Below the pieces are notes generated by a model that saw nothing but the letters and a program-made list of their open reading frames with translations, was not told the origin of the DNA and did not search any database. A DNA stretch of 64,000 nucleotides from Planctomycetota bacterium. Its GTDB lineage: Bacteria > Planctomycetota > Phycisphaerae > Sedimentisphaerales > Anaerobacaceae. This document shows positions 1-7,677 of the stretch, in pieces (position 1 is the stretch's first letter; the number at the start of each line of letters is the position of its first letter). The stretch is taken from NCBI GenBank assembly GCA_042576845.1, contig JBHPEQ010000004.1, positions 1,131 to 65,130 of the forward strand, written 5' to 3'. Both the position numbers and the translations under genes were made by a program.

Positions 1-608
1 TTTAATTCTCAAAAAATCAAGAGCATACTTACAACTCAACCCCCTGCAGCTGCAAGGTTAGAAGAATCGGATACTCAATCCAGTTGTGCCCACAGCGGCA
101 AACGTATGTTCAATCCTATTTTTTGTAAAGATTTCTTTGAAAATGCATTTTTCGGCAAAAATTAGATGTTCGAACTCTTTGTAATTCATGAAATTTGGCA
201 TCTGTGGAGACAAAATGGAGTCAGGGATTTATCGAAGAACACTTACTTTTTTTGATGAACCACAAGAATATAATCCACCCATAGAATGGGCTACAAGCAT
301 CGAAGCAGGCAGCCCATTAATTTAACAATAGGAACAACAGCTTCAATAGGTTGTGCTTATATTCTTATACACCACGAGCATTTATGGAATACTTTTGATT
401 ATTTCTTCCAGTTTGCTGCCTTTTACGGCAATGTCATCTTCAAAAAATCCTGCAACTTAGTTTGAGACTCTAACAGGGTAAATCCATTGGGTTCTCCAAA
501 CAGAAGTGTCAAAACCGGCTTGAACGGTATTCATAGGCCCTATACTATAAACTTATATTTTTGCACGGATTTACCTGGGGATTCCGCGTTAAATATTAGT
601 TTTGGCTC

Positions 609-2351
609 TCATCGCAACCAGGGCGCTCGGCGATTTATGTTGTCCGTTAAGGCCTGGAAATCATTGGCATCGAAGATGCCGTCGGCGTTGATATCGCCGA
701 TGAAATAAGTTTCAGGTGATTTAATAGAAGTAATCCAGCTTTCCAGAAGTGAGTAAAGGTCCAGGTCATCTACTATCCCGTCCGCATTGAGGTCGTATCG
801 AAGGATGCTCTCTTCGTCCCCAGCGGAGTTCACATTCCAGGCAATAGCATAGGATTGTATCGGAAGAATCTGCTCCGGTGCGTTCATGTTACTGTCAGAA
901 ACGATGATTTCGTAGCTGGTATAATTCGGGTCGAGGCGAGCGTAGATGTGCTCGATGTTGTCATTGTCGCTGTCACTGTAATCAAGCAGATAATGGTGGT
1001 CTGGTTTTTCGGGGTTGACCGCCCAGAGTTCGAGCCGCAGATTAACATCTTTTTGAGGTTCCGGCTCAAAGGGATATTCGCCCTGGTAGTGTTTATTCCA
1101 GCTAAGAGTCGCGGTAAGAAACGAATCGCTTGCCTTATCAACTGAGAGGCGATAAAGTTTTGCGAAGGTTCTCTCTTGAGGTGTTTGATTTAAGTCCCAG
1201 CCGATGTTCGAAGCGTCGCCCGGTTTGTTCGGGCCTGCTATAAGATGTTCATAAGCGCTTTGTGCGTCTAACATTCCAGCGCCCTGAATGTAGTCCAGCG
1301 GGACTGTATGGTCGTCTTCAGTCGAGATATCGCCTTTGTGCCAGAGCGGCAGCTTCGTTGCGGAGTTGAGCAGTATTGCTTTTATCAGGCAGTTTTTAGC
1401 ATCGGATGAGAACGCAGGGCTTAGCTCAAGGTATTCTTTGGCTTTCTGAACGAGTAGCGCCGCCGTTCCAGCCACAACCGGAGTGGAAAAGCTTGTCCAG
1501 TTACCGGCCGGTTCATACTGCCCCGTTCTGTTTGGCTCGGCGACAAGACAGTTGCCGGGAGCAACGATATCGGGCTTGCATCTCTGGTCAACAGTGGGGC
1601 CGCTGGTTGAATGCTGCGGATACGCAAGAGCAAAATTTTTCAGACTTATTTCGAGGTCTTCGGATTTAACGGAATCAACGACGCCGACGCCGATTGCGTT
1701 TGCGGATGCAGCCGGATAAAGCGGCGGGTCGTGAGCGTCCAGTCCGTTACCGATACCGGCTATGACAATCAAACCTTCCCTCTGGGCCAATGAATCGATG
1801 CCTCTGGTCCACCAGTCTTCGAACTGGCTGCCGATACCTGCCGTTATGATATCCGCCTCCGGCGGCAGCTGGCTGAACACATTATTGCTCAAAAAATGCC
1901 AAAACTCATAAACCTCAAGCTCCGCCTCAGGTGAAACACCCTGATAATAAATCTTGCCAAGTTCCGGGTTGAACGCATTCTCATCTTCGCCGAGAAGAAT
2001 TGAACAAATGGAGGTCGAATGAGCAGAGACACCGCCAGGATAGATGCCTTGGTCGTGAAAAATAAACTGATTTACCCCGAAGCATGGGTGGCTACTGCTC
2101 GGTCTGTAATCGTTTTGCGGTTCACCGTCGATGTACGTGATGCTTCTGGAGATAAGTGCGATTCTGACACCTTTGCCTGTCAAATTCGGGTCAATTCGCC
2201 TTAAATCGTAAACACCGACGGCACCTAATCCCTGTGGCTGCATTTTTGCATCAAGCTGTTCTGCCTTTGCCGGCGCCCCACAAAGATATAATCCGCCTGC
2301 CAGAACTACTATCGTAGCTATGGAAAAAAAATTTACACCGCTTCTATTCAT
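609..2351 (-). CDS. Secreted subtilisin-like (S8) serine peptidase with C-terminal dockerin-type repeat pair
   Basis: 580-aa ORF. N-terminal signal-like segment (FFSIATIVVLAGGLYLCGAPAKA). Subtilase His (SAHSTSICSILLG), Asn (IAGIGNG) and Ser (WTSFSTPVVAGTAALL) blocks. C-terminal duplicated Ca-binding dockerin-like repeats (DLNADGIVDDLDL / GDINADGIFDANDF). Confidence 0.8.
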   Translation of the reverse strand: MNRSGVNFFSIATIVVLAGGLYLCGAPAKAEQLDAKMQPQGLGAVGVYDLRRIDPNLTGKGVRIALISRSITYIDGEPQNDYRPSSSHPCFGVNQFIFHDQGIYPGGVSAHSTSICSILLGEDENAFNPELGKIYYQGVSPEAELEVYEFWHFLSNNVFSQLPPEADIITAGIGSQFEDWWTRGIDSLAQREGLIVIAGIGNGLDAHDPPLYPAASANAIGVGVVDSVKSEDLEISLKNFALAYPQHSTSGPTVDQRCKPDIVAPGNCLVAEPNRTGQYEPAGNWTSFSTPVVAGTAALLVQKAKEYLELSPAFSSDAKNCLIKAILLNSATKLPLWHKGDISTEDDHTVPLDYIQGAGMLDAQSAYEHLIAGPNKPGDASNIGWDLNQTPQERTFAKLYRLSVDKASDSFLTATLSWNKHYQGEYPFEPEPQKDVNLRLELWAVNPEKPDHHYLLDYSDSDNDNIEHIYARLDPNYTSYEIIVSDSNMNAPEQILPIQSYAIAWNVNSAGDEESILRYDLNADGIVDDLDLYSLLESWITSIKSPETYFIGDINADGIFDANDFQALTDNINRRAPWLR

Positions 2352-2760
2352 TTACTTTGTCCGAAAACAAAAGTAAAAGCCGTTGAACGCGTTCCTATCG
2401 CTGACATTTATGTCGGGGAATCCTTTCCCTTTTAAACATAACTACATCATACCAAAAACGGGCGTTTTTTGCAAGCGCAATGTTTTTTAGTTTCCAGCCG
2501 TTTTCTGACCTATCAACTCATCGAAACGTTGATTATAGGACACAAAAATCCCTCACCTGTCTTTATAGCAATAAAAGCGAACATCCGGCCGGCATCCCCG
2601 ATATCCCGGCATTTTATTCCTGCAGATGCAGATTCGAGCGATTTTTAGCTGAAATCAGGCCCGATTATTGTCGATTGAAACATCAAACGAGCAGCCAGCT
2701 TTGGATGCAGGCCGTATTCTTTAGAATGAAGTTAAAACGAAATCGCCAGGGGATATTAAC

Positions 2761-3573
2761 GTGAACGAAGTAATAATGCTGCATAAAGTTGAGCCGGCAG
2801 AAATCCTTCAGGGGATTGTGGAGAATAATATTCCCCTTAATATGTCCTGCTTCTGCGCCGGCAGATGGCAGGTAAGCAGGGTGCTGGTTACACAGGTTAG
2901 AGCAGACACTTTCGACGTCAAGGTCTCGCCGAGGAAAAAATCCAGTTTGATTAGCTTGAAAATCGACCAGGCGGTAGGTATATCCTTCAAATATGAATTT
3001 GACAAGGATACATTTATTTTCGATACGAAGGTTGTGGCTATTAAGTTTTCATCCGCTGCGATTGAGAATGAGAAAATAGTCCTTTCAATCCCGGAACAGA
3101 TTGAGCTTATTCAAAAAAGAAGCTTTTCGCGTGTTAAGGTGCCTGCGGCTATGCAGGTGAATGTGGAGTTGTGGCACCGCAGTTTCCCCGACGCTCAGGG
3201 TTCGGCTTCGGCGCAGGTCACGCAGGGCTTCAAAGGAGAGCTTGTCGATATCAGCGCTGGCGGTCTGCTGGTTGCTATCGACTGCTCGCAAGGACCGGTA
3301 CTTGAGAAGGAACAGTTCTTAGGCCTGAAGTTTGGTCATCTGCCGCACGAGACTCCGCTCAGATTCAACGCATATATTCGAAGTATCCTGCGCTCGGCAG
3401 ACGCAGAAACTCTGCTCCTCGGCCTGGAAATGGTCGGCCTCGAAGCAAGTGCGGAAGGCCGGCTTGTCCTCCAGCGGCTGTGCAGCATCGTCGAGCAGTA
3501 TCGACAAATCAACGAAGCTGCTCCCGAACAGCAAAATATCCAAAAGACAAATTCGCAAAAGCGGAGCTTTTGA
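2761..3573 (+). CDS. PilZ-domain (c-di-GMP binding) protein with extra N-terminal domain (YcgR-like architecture)
   Basis: 270-aa ORF with GTG start. RxxxR (KRSFSR) is followed about 40 aa later by DxSxxG (VDISAGGLLV), the two PilZ signatures. Confidence 0.7.
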   Translation: MNEVIMLHKVEPAEILQGIVENNIPLNMSCFCAGRWQVSRVLVTQVRADTFDVKVSPRKKSSLISLKIDQAVGISFKYEFDKDTFIFDTKVVAIKFSSAAIENEKIVLSIPEQIELIQKRSFSRVKVPAAMQVNVELWHRSFPDAQGSASAQVTQGFKGELVDISAGGLLVAIDCSQGPVLEKEQFLGLKFGHLPHETPLRFNAYIRSILRSADAETLLLGLEMVGLEASAEGRLVLQRLCSIVEQYRQINEAAPEQQNIQKTNSQKRSF

Positions 3574-3698
3574 ATCGGCATGGTAAATGTTCTGTCTTTG
3601 CCGACTTCGAGCTCTTCATAGGTAGCTAATTCATAATTAATTATTTGTGATAATTCGAGCAAATTCGTGGCAATACTAATCTGACCTCAACCGGCAAC

Positions 3699-3719
3699 AT
3701 ACGATATACGCAATACGAA
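3699..3719. repeat. Tandem heptanucleotide array ATACGNN x3
   Basis: Read directly: atacgat atacgca atacgaa, in the convergent intergenic region 3574-3818. Confidence 0.7.
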
Positions 3720-3750
3720 GTTCGACCAAACCCGCATTTTCGTCAAATAA

Positions 3751-3785
3751 GTTCGTTACTCGTTGCTTGTTGTTCGTGGTTCGAT
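3751..3785. repeat. Degenerate tandem heptanucleotide array (GTTCGTT-like) x5
   Basis: Read directly: gttcgtt actcgtt gcttgtt gttcgtg gttcgat. Confidence 0.7.
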
Positions 3786-3818
3786 CCACAAGACACTGAG
3801 CATGAGCCCCGCTTCACG

Positions 3819-4094
3819 CTATTTTTTCTTTCGCAAAATCAGCTTGATAGAAACATAAGGCATTAAGAAGAACAAGAAGGCGGCTATTTTAAAAAATGCC
3901 ATTACGTAATAATACATCAGGTCAAAATGCAGCCGACTTATCTCGAACCATCTTGAATGTATGCTGTAGGCCCAATCGGCTGCCAGCAGGTAGAAAACAA
4001 ACGAGAACAACAATAAGCAAAAAGCCAGCACAAAACATCGAATACAAACCCCTGCCACCACCTCCAAACAGTCATTTCGCTCATCTTTAGTCAT
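3819..4094 (-). CDS. Small two-pass membrane protein, unknown function
   Basis: The track ORF is 3819..4118 with a GTG start. An in-frame ATG at 4094 is preceded by GGAGG with an 8-nt spacer (ggaggtatttaatATG), so the shorter 91-aa form is preferred. Two hydrophobic segments (CFVLAFCLLLFSFVFYLLA and YYYVMAFFKIAAFLFFLMPYV) and a KKK tail. Confidence 0.45.
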   Translation of the reverse strand: MTKDERNDCLEVVAGVCIRCFVLAFCLLLFSFVFYLLAADWAYSIHSRWFEISRLHFDLMYYYVMAFFKIAAFLFFLMPYVSIKLILRKKK

Positions 4095-4112
4095 ATTAAA
4101 TACCTCCACGCT

Positions 4113-4132
4113 ATTCACGATTCACGATTCAC
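4113..4132. repeat. Tandem heptanucleotide array ATTCACG x3 (GTGAATC on the minus strand)
   Basis: Read directly: attcacg attcacg attcac. It lies immediately upstream of the SD/ATG of the minus-strand small membrane protein gene. Confidence 0.7.
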
Positions 4133-4321
4133 TATACGTACGCCAGTGTTTCCGGCTTTAGAGCCTATCCGAATAACCTGCTCTATTGCAGCCGGCTGCA
4201 AAGTCCGATGCCTGCGTTATCGAGTCAAAATCGTCCTCAACGTAGCTTTAGCTACGCCTGCGGCGATTTTGCCCCTGCCGCCTTGGCCTCGAACTTTTCA
4301 CTCGGCCTCATAACGACCCGG

Positions 4322-4954
4322 TTATTCAGATAGGCTCTTAGTCATCTCGTCAAGTTTACTCAGGCACAACTGCGACCACGTCTCCATAGTGTCCCGGACT
4401 TTCTGCAGATCAGCGGGACTCATAAAGTCCATTTGTGTAATCATCTGTTCTCGCTTGCTGACCTTTGGTGCATTCAGAGTCCAATAGTGAACAATTCCCA
4501 GGTGCACACTTCCGACCTCGGTAGAGTCGTCATTGAGCAGCGCAACAATTTTATCCGTGTGGCTGGTTTCAACAGCCACTTCCTCCGCCACTTCACGATT
4601 AACAGCGGTGTCGTATATCGGGCGAAAATCCGTATCGAACAAGGGTACTTCATCATCGGCCGGGTTTATATGGCCACCTATCCCGATGGACCTGTTTCCG
4701 ACAAGCCGGGACTCGCCCGCCCGCCTTCCCCTGACATAGCTGAGGTATTTGCCGTTACAAGCCATTATTACATAGGGAATGAGCTGCTTATAGGCGGGGT
4801 TCTCTTCGGCCTGCGAGCGAGGCATAAAACGGCCAACACCCTGAACAAAGAGCTTGCCAAGATAGCGTTCCACATCAAATGCGAGTCCCTGAAACATCCC
4901 TGCCTGCTCAAGAACTTTTCGCTCGACAACTAATACCTGCTCTTCCTGCGCCAT
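4322..4954 (-). CDS. Nudix-like hydrolase family protein (divergent Nudix box)
   Basis: 210-aa ORF. The segment GIGGHINPADD...AVNREVAEEVAVE resembles an interrupted Nudix box (G-x5-E-x7-REUxEExGU). Confidence 0.5.
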   Translation of the reverse strand: MAQEEQVLVVERKVLEQAGMFQGLAFDVERYLGKLFVQGVGRFMPRSQAEENPAYKQLIPYVIMACNGKYLSYVRGRRAGESRLVGNRSIGIGGHINPADDEVPLFDTDFRPIYDTAVNREVAEEVAVETSHTDKIVALLNDDSTEVGSVHLGIVHYWTLNAPKVSKREQMITQMDFMSPADLQKVRDTMETWSQLCLSKLDEMTKSLSE

Positions 4955-5108
4955 CCGGTCATTCCTTTATTTTAAAAAATTGTCTTTCGGCTATAAAACT
5001 GTCATTTCCTATTTCACCCCGTTAGAGCTTACAACAAAACATTTTTTGTTTCCTCAAATCAACATATATTTATAAACCATTTCAACTTCACCCAAATACA
5101 ACGGGCCT

Positions 5109-5188
5109 CTAATGGGGTAAACGGTTACAAAACATAATTTTTTCCTTACGGCATAAATGATTTTACAAAAATCATTTTGAACTATCAA
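5109..5188 (-). promoter_or_regulatory. Promoter-plus-leader cassette, copy A (TTGATA-17-TAAAAT on the minus strand, then a conserved leader with a mini-uORF)
   Basis: Minus-strand -35 TTGATA (5183-5188), a 17-nt spacer, and -10 TAAAAT (5160-5165). The leader cgtaaggaaaaaattATGttttgtaaccgttta is nearly identical to copy B at 7038-7122. It lies upstream of the Nudix-like gene. Confidence 0.5.
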
Positions 5189-5328
5189 GGTAATTTTGGT
5201 AAGTTCATTGACCTTGTAATGAGAAAGTTATGTTGTTTAAGAGTTTATCTGGGAAATGTCGGATAATTTATATATTCTCAGACAGCGATAGTGGAAAATG
5301 GTATTTGTCAATATTTGAGGGAACATTT

Positions 5329-6246
5329 ATGAAGACAAGAATTTTCAAACGGTCATCGCATAACCCTATCATTTCGCCTTTGGATCTACCTTTTCCGGCG
5401 GCAGCTGTACTAAATCCCGGCGCTTCCGAACAGGCCGATGAGGTTGTGCTGCTGCTGCGCGTTGAGGACCATGCCGGGCACTCGAATATCTATGTTGCAC
5501 GTAGCAGCAACGGGGTAACAGATTGGAGGTTTGAATCAGAGCCGATACTTCGCTACGGTGAGAAAGACTGGCGGTACGAACAGTGGGGTTGTGAAGACCC
5601 ACGCATCACGTATTTAGCAGCGGAGAAACGCTGGTATATTACCTACACTGCCTACTCGCCCAACGGAGCCGCTGTGGCATTGGCGCATACCGAAGATTTT
5701 GTCCGTGCCGAACGAGTCGGGCTGCTGTTTTCTCCAAACAACAAAGATGCTGTGCTGTTCCCGCAAAAATTTGATGACCGATGGGCAGCGCTCCACCGCC
5801 CAGATGCCGGCGGTATGGAGCACATCTGGTCAGCTTATTCTCCCGATTTGGTCCATTGGGGTGAACCACATTGTGTCCTGCCTGAGCTTGGTGGCGCTGC
5901 ATGGGATGGCGCCAAGGTAGGTGCAGGGCCGCCTCCAGTTCTCACGGAACACGGCTGGCTTCTGATATACCACGGTGTTAAGGCTTATGGTGGTCAGCTT
6001 GTTTATCGAGCCGGTGTAGCTCTGTTGGATAAAGACAGGCCTCATAAAGTTGTTGCTCGCTCGCGAAACTGGATATTCCAAGCCGAAGCGCCATATGAAC
6101 TGTCCGGCTTGACACCAAACGTGGTGTTTCCGACCGGACTTCTAATTCGGGGCGATGAGTTGTGGATGTATTATGGAGCTGCTGATACGTACACCTGTCT
6201 GGCAACCGCTAAACTTAACGAAATTATGGCGATTCTTACAACTTAA
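5329..6246 (+). CDS. GH130-family glycosidase / beta-mannoside phosphorylase-like protein
   Basis: The track ORF starts at 5230. The internal ATG at 5329 (MKTRIFKRSSHNPIISP) is preceded by gaggga. Conserved GH130-type blocks: NPG, EDPRITY, YTAY, NKDAVLFP, HRP, WD..KVGAGPPP, GWLLIYHG, YR.G.ALLD, MYYGAAD. Confidence 0.8.
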   Translation: MKTRIFKRSSHNPIISPLDLPFPAAAVLNPGASEQADEVVLLLRVEDHAGHSNIYVARSSNGVTDWRFESEPILRYGEKDWRYEQWGCEDPRITYLAAEKRWYITYTAYSPNGAAVALAHTEDFVRAERVGLLFSPNNKDAVLFPQKFDDRWAALHRPDAGGMEHIWSAYSPDLVHWGEPHCVLPELGGAAWDGAKVGAGPPPVLTEHGWLLIYHGVKAYGGQLVYRAGVALLDKDRPHKVVARSRNWIFQAEAPYELSGLTPNVVFPTGLLIRGDELWMYYGAADTYTCLATAKLNEIMAILTT

Positions 6247-6362
6247 AGCGTTGTCATAGAATAAACCACCTTAGCGAAAATGTCAACCGATTTTGCTGCA
6301 AAAAGGCCCACACGAAGTGAAGAGCCGCGTTAGCGAATCCATATCTAATCGCTATACGCTAT

Positions 6363-6455
6363 ATATTTATCCTGAGCCAGTCGAAGGACTCGCCTGTCCT
6401 CCGTAGCTTGCTGCCAAGTAGTCCCTAAGGGACAAAGGAAGATCCAATATCTTGT
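6363..6455 (+). repeat. Dispersed intergenic repeat, copy A (atatttatcc...ggactcgcctg.c..tc.gtagct...caagtag...ccaat.tcttg)
   Basis: It aligns by eye with 7549-7622 in the same orientation. It contains the hairpin gtccc-taa-gggac. Confidence 0.45.
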
Positions 6456-6669
6456 GTTGTAATTATATGAATTTGTGGGATTAATTCAAGGTATTTCCTT
6501 CACCTTTTCTACGCAATAATCGAGGGAGGTGACGCCGCCGTCCTTATGGTCTCAATCATCCACTTCGGAAATTACTCTATAACAGAGATGAAACAATACC
6601 TTGCAAACCGCCGAATACCTGTAAATCTATAATCCAGCGGCAACCATCCCATCACATATTTTCCAATTG

Positions 6670-7014
6670 TTAGTAGCGGCGACCACCACCTCCCCCTCGA
6701 CCGCCACCACGATTGCCGCCGCCACGACCACCTCGACTGCCACCGTAACCGCCTCGACCGCCACCACGGTTGGTTTTGGGGCGAGCCTCATTGACGTTAA
6801 GAGCGCTCCCTTTCAAATCCGTGCCGTTCAGTTCATCTATCGCCTTTTGTGCTTCATCCTTGGAGGGCATCTCCACAAATCCGAAACCTCTTGATTCACC
6901 TGTAAATCTGTCCTTTATGAGATTGACAGATTCGACCTGACCAAAGGCCGCAAAAGCTTGACGCAAATCATCTTCGGTTGCCTCACCGGACAGATTGCCT
7001 GCATAAATATTCAT
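6670..7014 (-). CDS. RRM-type RNA-binding protein with Arg/Gly-rich C-terminal tail
   Basis: RNP-2 (NIYAGNL) and RNP-1 (RGFGFVEM) motifs, followed by an RGG/GGR-rich tail (GGGRGGYGGSRGGRGGGNRGGGRGGGGGRR). Confidence 0.9.
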   Translation of the reverse strand: MNIYAGNLSGEATEDDLRQAFAAFGQVESVNLIKDRFTGESRGFGFVEMPSKDEAQKAIDELNGTDLKGSALNVNEARPKTNRGGGRGGYGGSRGGRGGGNRGGGRGGGGGRRY

Positions 7015-7037
7015 TGATTCCCTTTCTTAACCTTAAA

Positions 7038-7122
7038 CTAACATTTCCTATTTAAACGGTTACAGAACATAATTTTTCCTTACGACGCCAATAATCTTAC
7101 AGAATTCACTTTGAACTATCAA
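7038..7122 (-). promoter_or_regulatory. Promoter-plus-leader cassette, copy B (TTGATA-17-TAAGAT on the minus strand, then a conserved leader with a mini-uORF)
   Basis: Minus-strand -35 TTGATA (7117-7122), a 17-nt spacer, and -10 TAAGAT (7094-7099). The leader cgtaaggaaaaattATGttctgtaaccgttta matches copy A. It lies directly upstream of the RRM gene. Confidence 0.5.
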
Positions 7123-7548
7123 GGTTTTTCTTTTCCGAGGCAGCTTTGTTGAAAAATTACACAAAAACAGGGATTTTTATGCCCCGGACTTCTTCCAGCT
7201 CCTGCTTTTGTGCAGACCTTGACCGCTCCAATTTGCCAAACGGATTGAGGCTTAACGTTATCCATCAGGCGCACCATTTGGCGTCGCCTGCATGGAATTG
7301 CTCGGTGATTGTTTGAATTCCTCTTTTGCACTTTTGCATAACAACAAGAATCCGGGCAACCCGAGGAGCAAAAACAAGCTTGCACCCATGAGGTAGTAAC
7401 GAATGTCAGGAGGTGAGAATTCAAGATTCCCAAAATTGACTTCTCCGGCCCCTGTCACAAACATGGCAAGAATAAAAAACGTGACGACTGCGGATATGCC
7501 GATTGCCCACTTGCGTGCAGTTGGATTTCTGTTCCCGTGTCTTATTCA

Positions 7549-7622
7549 ATATTTATCCGCCTATGGCGGACTCGCCTGCCATCTGTAGCTACTCTCTGCA
7601 AAGTAGGAGCCAATCTCTTGCG
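7549..7622 (+). repeat. Dispersed intergenic repeat, copy B
   Basis: It shares atatttatcc, ggactcgcctg, gtagct, aagtag and ccaat.tcttg with 6363-6455. It contains the palindrome tccgcc-tat-ggcgga and lies just 3' of the manC stop. Confidence 0.45.
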
Positions 7623-7677
7623 GATACGCTGAGGCACGTGAGATGATGATTAACAATTTTATGTTGAGCTAATTTGG

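Noticed and set aside
1-608. A stretch without long ORFs at the window start. + frame 1 is open from nt 1 to the TAG at 163-165, and there is a 43-codon minus-strand ORF ending near 62. Several minus-strand frames from 560 down to 190 are broken by stops, which suggested a decayed gene or the tail of a truncated gene.
   Set aside because: No recognisable motif appears in any frame. An open stretch of about 54 codons is not rare by chance at this base composition, and a pseudogene cannot be claimed without a homolog to align to.
2480-2764. A 94-aa + strand ORF in the 410-nt spacer between the S8 peptidase and the PilZ gene.
   Set aside because: It has no SD and no motifs, its composition is odd (Cys/Arg/Phe-rich), and it runs into the PilZ start. 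It is more likely a non-coding promoter region shared by divergent genes.
3772-3795. A tRNA-like T-arm string, gtggttcgatccac.
   Set aside because: It gives only a 4-bp stem with a 6-nt loop. There is no matching acceptor stem, D-arm or anticodon arm in the preceding roughly 75 nt. The string is part of the degenerate heptamer array.
7119-7464. Two overlapping minus-strand ORFs (104 aa and 68 aa) between manC and the RRM promoter. The 68-aa ORF has one hydrophobic segment.
   Set aside because: The frames are mutually exclusive, there is no clear RBS, and the 104-aa frame runs into the predicted RRM promoter. There is not enough evidence to call either a gene, although the 68-aa ORF remains possible.
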